From positions 160,001 through 224,000 of the forward strand of contig JAVLKG010000008.1 of NCBI GenBank assembly GCA_032128875.1: 64,000 bases of DNA, read 5' to 3'. The translations under genes and the position numbers were made by a program. Positions within the stretch are counted from its first letter, which is position 1. Every line of letters begins with the position of its first letter. Positions 30,670-41,482 of the stretch are shown one piece after another. Source of the DNA: Candidatus Melainabacteria bacterium 17Bon1m (lineage in GTDB: Bacteria; Cyanobacteriota; Vampirovibrionia; Obscuribacterales; Obscuribacteraceae). The notes below the pieces were generated by a model, which worked only from the letters and a program-made list of their open reading frames with translations, had not been told where the DNA came from and made no database searches.

Positions 30670-31497
30670 TTATGGCAAGACCAAGTTGGTCAAATCGCTA
30701 GCCGTATCGGACAAGTTCATAACGTCTGAATCCGCCTTCATCGTCTTGTATTGCTTCGGCACTGCGAAAAATTCCAGGGGCTTTTTCTCGCGCACTATTT
30801 TGCTTGTTTGCAAGCGATAACAGGTGTTTTCAATGCGGTCTTTAAAATCTCTCTGGTGGGTTTGAAACCACAATTCACCGCCCGCTTGAGAATAATTGAG
30901 CCGAAGTTCGATCGGGATGGAACCGGTGATCGGAATCGCATAAAGAGTTTCAATTACAGAAATCGTTTTGTTGAAATTCTCCGCCGCCTTTACCACTTTC
31001 ATTTCAGCGCAATTGATTTCAGTCGGCTTGCCTGCTTTACGACCACGCGCATAGATTTCCACTATCGAAGCCGGTTGACCTTTATATTGGATGCTTTTCC
31101 TTTCTTTGGGATACCAGGTGCGAATCGGAATCAGACCACCGGAGGTGACGATAAAACCACGCTTGTAGAACATTTCGAAGCTCTGCCCGAAGATCGCCTT
31201 GTGGGCTGGATTGTAGATGTAGACCTGGTTTGTGTCTTGCCTGTATAGAACGACAATGTCGCCATTTCCATAGTTGAGCCGCATCGCTTTTGGTGTTACG
31301 TAGATTTCGACCGAGCCGAGAGCGCGATGCAGTTGGCTAAGATGCCAGACCTCTTCTTCCTGGGATTTGGCAGAGGCGGGGTGGGCAAAAATAGCCAAAA
31401 GGAAACAGATGAAAGCCGAAATAGCCGAGCCTGACCACGTCCTCAAGGAAGAGCGCGCAGACAGGTTCTTGTTATACGAATGAAACAATCTTTGCAT
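30670..31497 (-). CDS. Hypothetical exported protein
   Basis: Signal-like segment ending ASA; beta-rich body. Confidence 0.7.
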   Translation of the reverse strand: MQRLFHSYNKNLSARSSLRTWSGSAISAFICFLLAIFAHPASAKSQEEEVWHLSQLHRALGSVEIYVTPKAMRLNYGNGDIVVLYRQDTNQVYIYNPAHKAIFGQSFEMFYKRGFIVTSGGLIPIRTWYPKERKSIQYKGQPASIVEIYARGRKAGKPTEINCAEMKVVKAAENFNKTISVIETLYAIPITGSIPIELRLNYSQAGGELWFQTHQRDFKDRIENTCYRLQTSKIVREKKPLEFFAVPKQYKTMKADSDVMNLSDTASDLTNLVLP

Positions 31498-31616
31498 ACG
31501 ATAATGCTACCCCGGAACACGCGAAGCCCTAAATCCATTCTCCAGGTTCACGCTAAATTCGCGCCGGGTAGCTTAAGTTTCTAAAGTCCCCCTCCCGGAC
31601 AAGGACTTCCTAAAAA

Positions 31617-32183
31617 ATGACCGACCCCGCTTCTAACGTAATGTACGTAATTTGTTCGTATTCGCCTGTCCCTCCCCAGTGCGCCGCGATAGCCGTAGAC
31701 CTCGACTGGTGCCTCGAATTGGCCGCGTCGGTCGATCAGTCACCGGAGTCGCCGGTTGCGCACGATGTTACCCGTACAAAATACATTTTTGAGACTCTTG
31801 CTGTCCATCCAACCAGAAAGTTTGCCGCTGCACCGGCAGATCTGCAGGAGAGAAGAAGCCTCAACAGTCCCTATTTTAGATTGCTCAAAGCGCGCATGAG
31901 AAGACTGCAGCATGCGCCCGCAAAGTCTCCTGTATCCAGCCTCAAGCTCGCTCTAAAACCCTCCTGCCGTGCGTATTTGAACATGGCTGAAGAGAAAGCA
32001 CATACTAATTTCCGTGCCAAGCCGGACAACAAGAAATTGCGCGAATTGCTCTGCACAATGTCGGAAGCTCAGAAAACTCCGGCGCCGATTCCGCAGGATG
32101 CCGTTCGCACAGCCGACGACCCGGTCCGCACGCTTCGCCTGCAACCGTTCTTCGTTGCTCAGCCGATGTTCTCACCGGCGTAA
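31617..32183 (+). CDS. Hypothetical protein
   Basis: 188-aa ORF filling the gap; no motif recognised. Confidence 0.4.
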   Translation: MTDPASNVMYVICSYSPVPPQCAAIAVDLDWCLELAASVDQSPESPVAHDVTRTKYIFETLAVHPTRKFAAAPADLQERRSLNSPYFRLLKARMRRLQHAPAKSPVSSLKLALKPSCRAYLNMAEEKAHTNFRAKPDNKKLRELLCTMSEAQKTPAPIPQDAVRTADDPVRTLRLQPFFVAQPMFSPA

Positions 32184-32276
32184 AACTCTTTTACAGCAAG
32201 GCTTCACGGCATATCCACCCATTAGTTACTCTTGCGTGCGCGTACCTGGCGATATAATGGGGAAGAGATCTCATAC

Positions 32277-32924
32277 ATGCACGCCGACGACCACTATCAA
32301 CATTTGAAAAACTATGTTGCCTCTATGGGTAAACATAGCCACATTTGCATGGTCTACAGCGACCGCGAACAACAAATTACGGCGCTCACCGAGTATTATC
32401 GAACCGGCATGAGGCTGGGTCAGAGATGCGTCTATATCTCAGATCCCGACACGGCGAGCTTTGTCAAAAACGTGATGATGCGGACCGGAATGGATGTGGA
32501 AGGCGACGTCAAAGACGGCTCTATGCTCTTTCTGACTGCCGAAGAAACATATCTGGTAGACGGAGCATTCGATGGCGACTCCACTCTTTTGCGCTTTGAG
32601 CAAATGATTGCCGCCGCTTATGCAGACGGCTTCAATGGTTTGCGCGGCGCAGGCGACATGAGTTGGTCATTGCGCGCGAATGTGACCGCCAGAGAACTTA
32701 TTGAGTACGAAAGCAAGTGCAATCGCCTCTTTGAACAGTTTCCCCTCATGGGCATGTGCCAATACGACGAACGCTGCTTTCACTCAGAAACTGTTCGCAT
32801 GCTTATGAAAACTCATCCGACCTTGATCAAAGGCGGACAAATATTCAAAAACCCGCACTATATGCCGCCGGCAGAATTTCTCTCTATGCTGGAATGCAAA
32901 GAAGAGTTGAAACTGGCTGTTTAA
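32277..32924 (+). CDS. Stand-alone MEDS domain protein
   Basis: HICMVY, G...GQRC.Y, YL.DG.FD, LRG.GDMSW, L.EYE...N, CQYD..F, THP. Confidence 0.9.
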   Translation: MHADDHYQHLKNYVASMGKHSHICMVYSDREQQITALTEYYRTGMRLGQRCVYISDPDTASFVKNVMMRTGMDVEGDVKDGSMLFLTAEETYLVDGAFDGDSTLLRFEQMIAAAYADGFNGLRGAGDMSWSLRANVTARELIEYESKCNRLFEQFPLMGMCQYDERCFHSETVRMLMKTHPTLIKGGQIFKNPHYMPPAEFLSMLECKEELKLAV

Positions 32925-33069
32925 CCGCGCGCCAAAGGAAAATTCCGGCAATTTAAAGCCCATATTTTATACTATAACGCATAATAATAAGACGTCCAAA
33001 AGCGAAAGAGAGGAGCGCCGAATGCGCCCTCTCCTCGCCTTGCTGCAGAGCCCGGTCAGTGCTTGCGCA

Positions 33070-33669
33070 CTAGAGCCAGGCGCGATACTTGTCCTTGAGA
33101 CGCGACTCGTAGGTCTGCAGGTCGCGGACGCTCACACGATAAACCGTGTAAACGTAGCCACCGCCACCGCCATACGGAACAGCGCCAACCGGAACGCCTG
33201 CCGTGCCGGCTGCGTGACCGATATCGCTGATGTGCTTCTGCATGTGCTTGATGAGCCACTGGCCGCTCTCAGGAAAGGTGTTCGATTCCAGCACTTCGTA
33301 GAGATGTGCGGTGCCGAATTCACCTTCACCGCGCGTGTCGAGGCGCTCGAAGTTTTCCCGGCCGAACTTGGCGACGGTGGACGCCATCCGGAGCTGCTCG
33401 GCGATGTCGCGAGCCATGACTTCCGCCCAGCGGTAGGCGATGCCGCCTGCCACGAGCATGGAAGCGAGGACCGTGAACACCACCGAGGTGCTCAGGACAA
33501 ACGTCCACGCGAAGCCTGCCAGTCCGCCGATGACGACCGCAGCCGCCACAGCGTACATGACCATCTTCTTGCCGCGGGGACGCGCCAGTTCAGTCACCAT
33601 TATTGCCGTGAGGAAATTCTGGATGACGATGAAGAACAGCGCGATGAGGGGTACGAGAGGTCCGTTCAT
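33070..33669 (-). CDS. Membrane protein with degenerate EF-hand-like soluble domain
   Basis: 3 TMs then NFERLDTRGEGEFGTAHL. Confidence 0.65.
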   Translation of the reverse strand: MNGPLVPLIALFFIVIQNFLTAIMVTELARPRGKKMVMYAVAAAVVIGGLAGFAWTFVLSTSVVFTVLASMLVAGGIAYRWAEVMARDIAEQLRMASTVAKFGRENFERLDTRGEGEFGTAHLYEVLESNTFPESGQWLIKHMQKHISDIGHAAGTAGVPVGAVPYGGGGGYVYTVYRVSVRDLQTYESRLKDKYRAWL

Positions 33670-33790
33670 GTTGAGTACCTCCTATGAACGGGTTGACACT
33701 ATCCGCATCTTTCAGCGGGGTGCAGGAGTTCGGTCTTGGGCAGCGCCACCACCGGTGATGACGGTAGCGCTGCCTTACCCGAATCTCCCT

Positions 33791-34369
33791 TTAGGCAGCC
33801 GTGCGGTAAGCCGGCTGGTCTTCGATACGGTCGACCAGACCGTAGTCGTAGGCTTCCTGCGCAGTGAGCCACCAGTCGGCGCCGCCGGAGAGCTGCTTGG
33901 CGACGATGCGCGGGGTCAGCGCGGTCTTCACGTTTTGCGTGGCAGCGCTGCGCTCGCAGAGGATGCCGATCGTCTTGCGCTGCAGATGCTTCATCCGCTT
34001 CAGCTCGCGCTCGAAGGCGGTGATGTTGCCATCACACTTCGAGCTGACCTGATGGATGAGCATCTCCGAGTGCTTACCGATGACGCGCAGGTCAGCCGCC
34101 TGAACCAGCCATCCGGCGCAGGACGCAGCCCGCCCGTGGATGACGATGGTCAGGAAGTGACCGAGCGACCGCAGGTGCGTGAACGTCTCGAAGAGATGCT
34201 CGGCATCGGCAATGTTGCCGCCGCCGGAGTGCAGATTGATACGCAGCGGCTTGAACTTGTTGCCGGGGGTATCGGACCAGGTATACAGTTCGATGGCAAA
34301 GCTGCGAGCAGCCTGCGCATCGATGTTCAGACCAAACACAAAGTTGGCCTCATCTTTGATTTGCATCAT
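33791..34369 (-). CDS. ClpP-like serine protease (divergent paralog)
   Basis: INLHSGGG, G.AASCA (Ser), MLIHQ (His), DWWLTAQEA.DYGLVD (Asp). Confidence 0.88.
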   Translation of the reverse strand: MMQIKDEANFVFGLNIDAQAARSFAIELYTWSDTPGNKFKPLRINLHSGGGNIADAEHLFETFTHLRSLGHFLTIVIHGRAASCAGWLVQAADLRVIGKHSEMLIHQVSSKCDGNITAFERELKRMKHLQRKTIGILCERSAATQNVKTALTPRIVAKQLSGGADWWLTAQEAYDYGLVDRIEDQPAYRTAA

Positions 34370-34493
34370 AGTTACACCTTCGCTTTCTACAGTTACAGCA
34401 CCAAACGCGGTGCCATGCGCAAGAGAAGGCAACCCGCCAGAGCCCCGTTAAGGGACCTCGGCTGATTGCATCTCTCGAGATAGAGGAAGTGCG

Positions 34494-34766
34494 TTAGCGA
34501 GAAAGTCGCTTGCGCAGGTAGTTTTCGAGAATCACCATCGGGACGATGCCGCAGCACAGCCCGATGTACCCGAACTCTTTCGCCGCAGCCGGACCCAGAA
34601 TGAGCATTGCCACGACGTACCCGAGGATGCCCCCGAGCGCGTTGCGCAAGATCATGTCGGCTCCGATGCCGGCGAACACGGCTTTGCCGCGTGCTACTCC
34701 GCAGACCACACCCCAGACAGTGCCGAGGATGAGACCGAAGAGTATGTTCATGACTAGTGGTGTCAT
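34494..34766 (-). CDS. Small membrane protein
   Basis: AAGGA RBS, 3 Gly-rich TMs. Confidence 0.7.
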   Translation of the reverse strand: MTPLVMNILFGLILGTVWGVVCGVARGKAVFAGIGADMILRNALGGILGYVVAMLILGPAAAKEFGYIGLCCGIVPMVILENYLRKRLSR

Positions 34767-34818
34767 TTGTTGTTTCCTTGGGGTTGAACCCTAACTCGCT
34801 CTTGCGAACGAGCCTGTG

Positions 34819-35040
34819 TCAGCCACCGAACGCAGCACGCATGAACATCATGTACAGCGTGATGAATGCAGTGAAGCTGACGAGCGTGATAGCTGTGCTG
34901 AGCAACCACAGCGAAGCCTTCGAGACAAGCCGCGCAAGGAATGTACCCTTGTCTTCAGCCCACTCGAAAACCTTGAACTGCACGTAGACCCAGACAGCGC
35001 ACACAACCGCGCCGATTGCGCAGTAGAGCAGAGTCTCCAT
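34819..35040 (-). CDS. Small membrane protein
   Basis: GGAGG RBS, 2 TMs. Confidence 0.65.
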   Translation of the reverse strand: METLLYCAIGAVVCAVWVYVQFKVFEWAEDKGTFLARLVSKASLWLLSTAITLVSFTAFITLYMMFMRAAFGG

Positions 35041-35150
35041 AGAACCTCCACGCCGGGAAATTTGCATCCCCAGCGGCAGATTGCGGTTAGCCGAATGACC
35101 AGCTGACCGCAGCCTGACAGTTGATGTTACGACCGTTTCGTTGCTGCCCG

Positions 35151-36785
35151 TCAAAGAACGGACGCCACGAATTCAGTCACCATGCGCTCGCGAGTGGCGC
35201 CGTCCCAGCCAAGCAGCTTGGCCATGAGTTGCGACACTTTGTCCGCGGACGCCTTCGCTTGCTCGGCATCGGTGATCGTGAGCCGAATGCGGCGCGCCAG
35301 GACATCGTCCAGGGTGGCCGCCGATTCGTAAATCACCGCGTAGACAACCTGAGCAAGGATGTACGGATGCGACGCCGAGATGGGTTGAGCCAGCTCGGTG
35401 TATTCGCTCGCCAGCTCGACGACTTCCATCGCCCGGCGTCCGTACATTTGCAGCAGCACATCGGCGGTGGCGCCCGAGATACGCACTCGGCTCGCCATGG
35501 CGCGGAAGACGTCTTTGATTTCTTCCATGCTGCGCACTTCGCCTTCCCAACCGCCCAACATGAGCTTCTCGGTCACGCACTTGCCGGCCTCGATGCCGTC
35601 CAGGCGCAACTGCTGAGCAACCATGTCGACCGTTTCCTCCGCCATCGGGCGATAGGTCGTCAGCTTACCGCCGGCAATCGTGATGAGACCGTCTTCGGAG
35701 AGCTTGAGGCTGTGTTTGCGAGAGACTTTCGTCGTCCCGCCAGCCTTGGCGTCCGAGATGAGCGGCCGCAGTCCGGCGAATTTGCCGGTCACGTCTGCGG
35801 GCGTCAGCTTTAGATTGGGAAATTGCTCGTTGACCGCATCGAGGATGTATTGCACCTCGTCGTCTTCGACAGTGAGCTTGTCGAAGTCACCCTTAAATGG
35901 GGTATCGGTCGTGCCGATCAAGACCGAGTCGTACCACGGCACCGCGAAGCAGAAGCGCCCATCGGCTCCGGTCGGAACCAAAAGCGCAGCCTTGAGCGGT
36001 AGCCGGTCGTACTTGATCGTGAAGTGCACTCCCTTCGCGGGCGCGACGCTGACGTTGGCCTTGCCGGACAACTCCTGCGTCTTCTGCGTCCACACGCCGG
36101 TTGCATTGACCACGACCTTGCCGTGAATGGTCACGGGCTCGCCGCCGGACAGCGCGTCTACGACTTCGACACCACGCACATCACCGCGGTCGCGCACGAA
36201 GCGAACGACTTTGGTGTAATTGCGCGCGATGCACCCGTTTTGCGCAGCCGATCGAATCACCTCGAGGGTGTGGCGCGCGTCGTCGGTCCGGCAGTCGTAG
36301 TAGAGCAAGCCTCCCTTGAGACCCTGAGCACGAATGCCAGGGCACAGGTCGTTGATCTCGCCCAACTTGATGCGCCGGTGAAAACGCTTACCGATCAGCC
36401 CAGCCATCCCGTCATACACCCAGAGACCAGCTTCCCACTTCACGTTGTTGAAGAAGTTCTGCCGGTAGCCAGGGATGATGAAGGGCAGCCAGTGCACCAT
36501 ATGCGGTGCGATGCGCTCTTGCACAATCCGTTCGGTCACTGATTCGTACACCACGCCGAACTGGAAATTCGCCAGATAGCGAAGTCCGCCGTGGATGAGT
36601 TTGGTCGACTTGCTCGATGTGCCCGAAGCGTAGTCGCCTTTCTCGAGAAGAAGCACCGACAAACCACGAGAAGCAGCGTCCTGCGCCACTCCTGCACCGG
36701 TAATGCCGCCACCAACAACAATCACATCGAATTGCTTACCCGAAAGTTCGGATAGCGGCAATCGTCTGAGCATGCTTGTGTCCAT
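35151..36785 (-). CDS. glpD: FAD-dependent glycerol-3-phosphate dehydrogenase
   Basis: VVGGGITGAGVA.DAA.RGL, SGTSSKSTKLIHGGLRYL, DDAR, AGLRPL, GGKLTTYR, DVLARR.R. Confidence 0.95.
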   Translation of the reverse strand: MDTSMLRRLPLSELSGKQFDVIVVGGGITGAGVAQDAASRGLSVLLLEKGDYASGTSSKSTKLIHGGLRYLANFQFGVVYESVTERIVQERIAPHMVHWLPFIIPGYRQNFFNNVKWEAGLWVYDGMAGLIGKRFHRRIKLGEINDLCPGIRAQGLKGGLLYYDCRTDDARHTLEVIRSAAQNGCIARNYTKVVRFVRDRGDVRGVEVVDALSGGEPVTIHGKVVVNATGVWTQKTQELSGKANVSVAPAKGVHFTIKYDRLPLKAALLVPTGADGRFCFAVPWYDSVLIGTTDTPFKGDFDKLTVEDDEVQYILDAVNEQFPNLKLTPADVTGKFAGLRPLISDAKAGGTTKVSRKHSLKLSEDGLITIAGGKLTTYRPMAEETVDMVAQQLRLDGIEAGKCVTEKLMLGGWEGEVRSMEEIKDVFRAMASRVRISGATADVLLQMYGRRAMEVVELASEYTELAQPISASHPYILAQVVYAVIYESAATLDDVLARRIRLTITDAEQAKASADKVSQLMAKLLGWDGATRERMVTEFVASVL

Positions 36786-37451
36786 GCCGCACGTCCTTAG
36801 TTAAGCTACAGGCGAATCAGAAAAACTTTGTAAGAGGTTTTACGCTCGAAAAACAAGTCGTTGACTGCCTCAAGACCTATTAGGGTCAAGATTTTGGCTG
36901 AACAGCTTGTAAAACAAAGTTTTTGGGATTCGCTGAACTAAAACAGAAAGTTAAAGAGTTGGATGATGATTCAAACGTTAATGAAAGCGTTTATTTGATG
37001 TCGAGGGTTGGTTTCGAATTATGATCGAAACCTTAAGAGAAAGGCCTCAGATAGGGACGTTACTGTTCGCGCCGTTAGCAGAGCGTCGCAAGCTAAAAAC
37101 CCGTGACAACCGATATTTGCCAGGTCTTAGGGAAGTTCAGCGTCTAAAAGCTTGAAGATAGAGCCTGGTCAAGTTTATGGTTGCTGAGTCTTTTCTCCTC
37201 CCCTTATTTCAGCTCTCGCACCCCCGAAGTTCTACCCATGCAATAACCCCTTCTGATCCCTGCCTTTTCCAAGAGGTTCTGGGCAGTACGGCTTAAAGCA
37301 TTGCGCGAACTTAAGCGAAGCCAGTCAGGTGGAAGAAAGTAAGACTGTCTCGTAGTACGATGCCACTTCGCCGCCAGCAACGAACAGCCGACAAGCTTGA
37401 AACACCGGCGAGAGGAGCGCAGCAGCGCCCGGAAAGTCTAATGGTGGACCT

Positions 37452-40241
37452 ATGACTACAACCCATGCCATTGACCCAATCTGCAAGATGACGGTCAATC
37501 CAGCCACCGCTGCAGGTTCATTCGAGTACGAAGGAACCACTTACTACTTCTGCAATGTTCGCTGCCGAGACAAATTCTCCGCCGACCCGCAAAAATATCT
37601 TGCGTCCGCCAGCCCCGCACCCGAGCCGACCGTAATTCCGGTTTTCCTCGAGGTCAAATCTGCAAAAGCAGAGGGGTCTTGCTGTTCGCACAAGAAGAAA
37701 TTTGAGGTCTGGCGGCAGGATGACAACGGCAACAAGTTTCTCGTCGACAAGCACGAGACGCGCGAAGCCGCAGAGGCATCAGCAAAAACGCTCACCGACC
37801 GCGGGCACAAGCAGCATTACTGGGTGGAAACAGCCGGTGTCGCTGCGGCAGGGGAGCCGCTTGTCGCTTCCGTAGGGGAGCCGCATGCGGCTCCCAGTCA
37901 GGGCGGCGCATGCGCCGCCCCTACAGACAAGATGGAAACGCACATCGACCCTGTTTGCGGCATGACCGTCGAGCCGGAATCCGCCGCTGCCGAGTACATG
38001 CACGAAGGCACGAAATACTATTTCTGCGCAGTTCGCTGCAAGGAAAAGTTTCAAGCCGACCCGCACCGGTACCTGCACCCAGAAAGTGTTCCGCCAGAAC
38101 CGGTCAAACCCGGCACCAAGTTCATCTGCCCGATGGACCCAGAGATTGAAAGCGATAAGCCCGGAACCTGCCCCAAGTGCGGCATGGCTCTTGAGCCTGC
38201 AATGCCCACTCTGGACGAGGGTGAGAATCCGGAATTGACAGACATGCTCAAGAGGTTCTGGGCGTGTCTCGTCCTCACCTTGCCTGTCTTCGCCCTGGGA
38301 ATGGCTGCAATGCTTCCCGGTGCAGAAGACATTGTGCACAACCTCATTCCGCACGGCGCGATGAACTGGATACAACTGGCGCTGGCGGCACCGGTTGTGC
38401 TCTGGGGCGGTTGGCCGTTTTTCGTGCGCGCCAAAGACTCGGTGGTCAACCGCAGCCCCAACATGTTTACGCTCGTCGCTATGGGCACGGGCGTAGCATT
38501 CGGATACAGCCTGGTCGCGACACTTTTCCCGCATCTTCTGCCGCCTTCCATGGCAATGGAAAACGGCGCGCCCTACGTTTACTTCGAGGCAGCCGCAGTG
38601 ATCACCACCTTGGTGTTGCTGGGTCAAGTTCTCGAACTAAAAGCACGGGCACGCACATCCGATGCCATTAAGTCGCTGCTGTCGCTGGCGCCGAAAACCG
38701 CCAGACGGCTTAACAGCGATGGAACGGAAAGCGAAGTCGACCTCAGCCTCGTCGTCAAAGGCGACCGACTGAGAGTCAGACCAGGCGAAAAAATTCCCGT
38801 TGACGGAACCATACTGGAAGGCGCCAGCGCTGTAGACGAATCGGCAATGACAGGCGAGTCGGTTCCTGTCTCTCGGCAAGCGGGCGACGCGGTGATTGGT
38901 GGAACAGTAAACGGCACTGGCAGCTTCATCTTGCGCGCGGACAGAGTTGGTCAGGAGACTGTTCTCAGTCAAATCGTGCAAATGGTCGCCGACGCACAGC
39001 GCAGCCGCGCGCCGATTCAGCAGGTCGCCGACCGAGTCGCCGCATTCTTCGTGCCATCTGTGATCGCCATTGCTGCAGTCACGTTCGGCATCTGGGCATT
39101 CATCGGACCGGCGCCCCAACTGGCGCATGCGCTCTTGAACGCCATTGCCGTGCTGATCATCGCCTGCCCGTGCGCGCTCGGTTTGGTCACGCCGATGTCC
39201 GTCATGGTCGCCACCGGCCGTGGTGCGCTAGCAGGAATTTTGATCCGCAAAGCCGAAGCGTTGGAAGCGCTCGAAAAGTGCGATACGCTCGTGCTCGACA
39301 AAACCGGCACGCTCACTGTCGGTCGCCCGACACTGCAAAAGGTGACAACTGCAAACGGTGTTAGCGAAGACGAACTGCTGCTTCTGGCTGCAAGTTTGGA
39401 ACAACCGAGCGAGCACTCGCTTGCTCGAGCAATTCTGGAAGGGGCCTCGGCAAAGGGCATCCAACCTCAGCCTGTGACAAATTTCCAGGCAGTTGCGGGC
39501 AAAGGTGTAGAAGCTCAAATGTCCGGAGCAAAACTCGCTCTGGGCAGTTCGCGTTTCATGACTGACCTGGCTGTAGACATCAGCGCGGTCGCTCAAGCGG
39601 CAGAAGAGATGCGCAGCCTTGGACAGACGGTCATCTTCGTCGCTCGCGATGGAAAGCTGGCTGGAACACTAGCCGTCGCCGACCCCATAAAGGAAGGTGC
39701 TGCTGAGATGATCCGCAAGCTCAAGCAAGACGAGAAACTGAAGATAGTCATGCTTACCGGCGACAACAAAGCGACCGCACTTGCCGTAGCTCGCCAGCTA
39801 GGCATCGACGAAGTCGAAGCGGAAGTACTTCCAAAGGACAAAGCAGATTGCGTTGCGCGCTTGAAGTCGCAGGGTCGACGCGTTGCTATGGCAGGCGACG
39901 GCATCAACGACGCTCCGGCACTGGCTGGAGCAGATGTCGGAATCGCCATGGGCAACGGCACCGACGTAGCCATTGAGAGCGCAGGCATTGTGCTCTTGCG
40001 AGGAGAACTCGCCGGGCTGCTCAAAGCTCGCAAGTTAAGTCGCGCCATGGTAGCGAACATCCGTCAGAATCTCTGGCTGGCATTCGGCTACAACTCGCTG
40101 GCAGTGCCGATTGCCGCAGGTGTTCTCTATCCGGTCTTCGGGCTATTGCTCAACCCGATGATTGCCAGTGCAGCAATGAGCTTAAGCTCCGTTTCGGTAA
40201 TCGCCAACGCGTTGAGACTGAAATCTCAGCGCCTGGACTGA
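37452..40241 (+). CDS. copA: Cu(I)/Ag(I)-translocating P1B-1 ATPase with two YHS domains and a heavy-metal-binding domain
   Basis: DPICKM/DPVCGM YHS, CPM.P...[28 protein letters not shown] and MSLSS TM signatures. Confidence 0.93.
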   Translation: MTTTHAIDPICKMTVNPATAAGSFEYEGTTYYFCNVRCRDKFSADPQKYLASASPAPEPTVIPVFLEVKSAKAEGSCCSHKKKFEVWRQDDNGNKFLVDKHETREAAEASAKTLTDRGHKQHYWVETAGVAAAGEPLVASVGEPHAAPSQGGACAAPTDKMETHIDPVCGMTVEPESAAAEYMHEGTKYYFCAVRCKEKFQADPHRYLHPESVPPEPVKPGTKFICPMDPEIESDKPGTCPKCGMALEPAMPTLDEGENPELTDMLKRFWACLVLTLPVFALGMAAMLPGAEDIVHNLIPHGAMNWIQLALAAPVVLWGGWPFFVRAKDSVVNRSPNMFTLVAMGTGVAFGYSLVATLFPHLLPPSMAMENGAPYVYFEAAAVITTLVLLGQVLELKARARTSDAIKSLLSLAPKTARRLNSDGTESEVDLSLVVKGDRLRVRPGEKIPVDGTILEGASAVDESAMTGESVPVSRQAGDAVIGGTVNGTGSFILRADRVGQETVLSQIVQMVADAQRSRAPIQQVADRVAAFFVPSVIAIAAVTFGIWAFIGPAPQLAHALLNAIAVLIIACPCALGLVTPMSVMVATGRGALAGILIRKAEALEALEKCDTLVLDKTGTLTVGRPTLQKVTTANGVSEDELLLLAASLEQPSEHSLARAILEGASAKGIQPQPVTNFQAVAGKGVEAQMSGAKLALGSSRFMTDLAVDISAVAQAAEEMRSLGQTVIFVARDGKLAGTLAVADPIKEGAAEMIRKLKQDEKLKIVMLTGDNKATALAVARQLGIDEVEAEVLPKDKADCVARLKSQGRRVAMAGDGINDAPALAGADVGIAMGNGTDVAIESAGIVLLRGELAGLLKARKLSRAMVANIRQNLWLAFGYNSLAVPIAAGVLYPVFGLLLNPMIASAAMSLSSVSVIANALRLKSQRLD
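37848..37924. repeat. GTAG-type REP doublet (plus degenerate third unit) in frame inside copA
   Basis: GTAGGGGAGCCGCATGCGGCTCCC-AGTCA-GGGCGGCGCATGCGCCGCCCCTAC at 37872-37924. Confidence 0.85.
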
Positions 40242-40382
40242 ATCAAGCTTTCGCCACACTCTCATTACGCGCAGCGTTCGCTCAAAAGCATACAAAGTCG
40301 CTCACGGCACCACGAATGGTGCCCAAAGTCTTGCAGAGAACCTGAGTACCGCAGGCTAGACCTGCGCGTGAAGGAAACGACC

Positions 40383-40562
40383 ATGAAGTGCAACGATTGC
40401 CAAGGCAAGATGACGTCACCAGCGATGGGGAATTGCTCGTCGTGCGGAGCGCCGACGTCCAACATCCAAGCCAAATACTGCGCGAAGTGCAGCCAGTCGA
40501 AGAAATGCTGCTCGGACTGCGGTAAGTCCATGTCTACCGGCGGGACGACGACTACCAAGTAG
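40383..40562 (+). CDS. 59-aa Cys-rich (4x CxxC) zinc-ribbon microprotein
   Basis: AAGGA RBS; CNDC, CSSC, YCAKC, CSDCGK. Confidence 0.75.
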   Translation: MKCNDCQGKMTSPAMGNCSSCGAPTSNIQAKYCAKCSQSKKCCSDCGKSMSTGGTTTTK

Positions 40563-40668
40563 TTCGCGCCGCCCAATTGAATAATCGAACCTTTGGCGAG
40601 AAACGCGCGCTGCGTTTTCTCGCTTCTCAACAGTGAAACGAAACCCCAAAAACCAAGGGATTCAAACC

Positions 40669-40881
40669 ATGAACTTCCTCTCCAACGTCGCCCAGGCGGG
40701 CGTGTTTTCCGTTCTTTTCACCGCCATCGTCCTCGCCGTCGTGCTGGGCGCCTCGGTGATCGTCACCAGCGGTCTGGTTGTCGGTCTTCTGCTGACCGGC
40801 GGCAACATCTTCGCTGGCCTCGCCGGCATGCTCGCGTCCACCTGGGGCGGCATGTGGCTGACCAACAAGGTCTGCGGCTGA
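40669..40881 (+). CDS. Small membrane protein
   Basis: AAGGGA RBS, Gly-rich hydrophobic sequence. Confidence 0.65.
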   Translation: MNFLSNVAQAGVFSVLFTAIVLAVVLGASVIVTSGLVVGLLLTGGNIFAGLAGMLASTWGGMWLTNKVCG

Positions 40882-41007
40882 TCTGACTGAAGACCAGGAC
40901 ATCCATTCTGGCCTAACAGCTCATGTGTCAAACACAGAAGGGCTGAATGAAGCACTCCGCAGAACGCCACAAGCGCTCTGCGGACCCAAGACAAGGGAAT
41001 CTACGCA

Positions 41008-41349
41008 ATGACTGCGCTGATTATCCTCGCCAATATCGCTCTCTTTCTGGTTGCCGCCGCGCTGGGCTTTTACATGCTCGGCACGATTGGCGACAAATTG
41101 ATCGGCTTCCAAACGGAAGCACGAGCAATGGTCTTCACCGAGGGCGACCGCAAGTCGCTCTGGCGTTATCGCTGGCTTTCGCTGGGCGTGATGGGCACCT
41201 TCACGAAGGGCTCAGGACTGCTCATGCTTTTCATGGGATGGAGCTTGTGGAGCACCTTCGCGCTCGCCCCGACCATCGGTGGCGTGATCGGAGTAGTGGT
41301 CTGCTACTTGCTCACCGCCGGTAACTTGAAGCCGCATCGCGGCAAGTAA
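41008..41349 (+). CDS. Small membrane protein
   Basis: AAGGGA RBS, 3 TMs. Confidence 0.65.
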   Translation: MTALIILANIALFLVAAALGFYMLGTIGDKLIGFQTEARAMVFTEGDRKSLWRYRWLSLGVMGTFTKGSGLLMLFMGWSLWSTFALAPTIGGVIGVVVCYLLTAGNLKPHRGK

Positions 41350-41482
41350 TCCGGCTTCCGCATCATTGAGGAGGAGTCAATTGGCACTTCTCCTTTCACC
41401 ATTCACCAGTGGCAAAGCGTCTGGAACAGCTGCTCAATCAGCTCTCCATGCGCCGAACCATACGTCTTTCAAGGAAAACAAC

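Noticed and set aside
33791..34369. Prophage head maturation protease indicating a prophage
   Set aside because: No portal, terminase, capsid or integrase genes nearby
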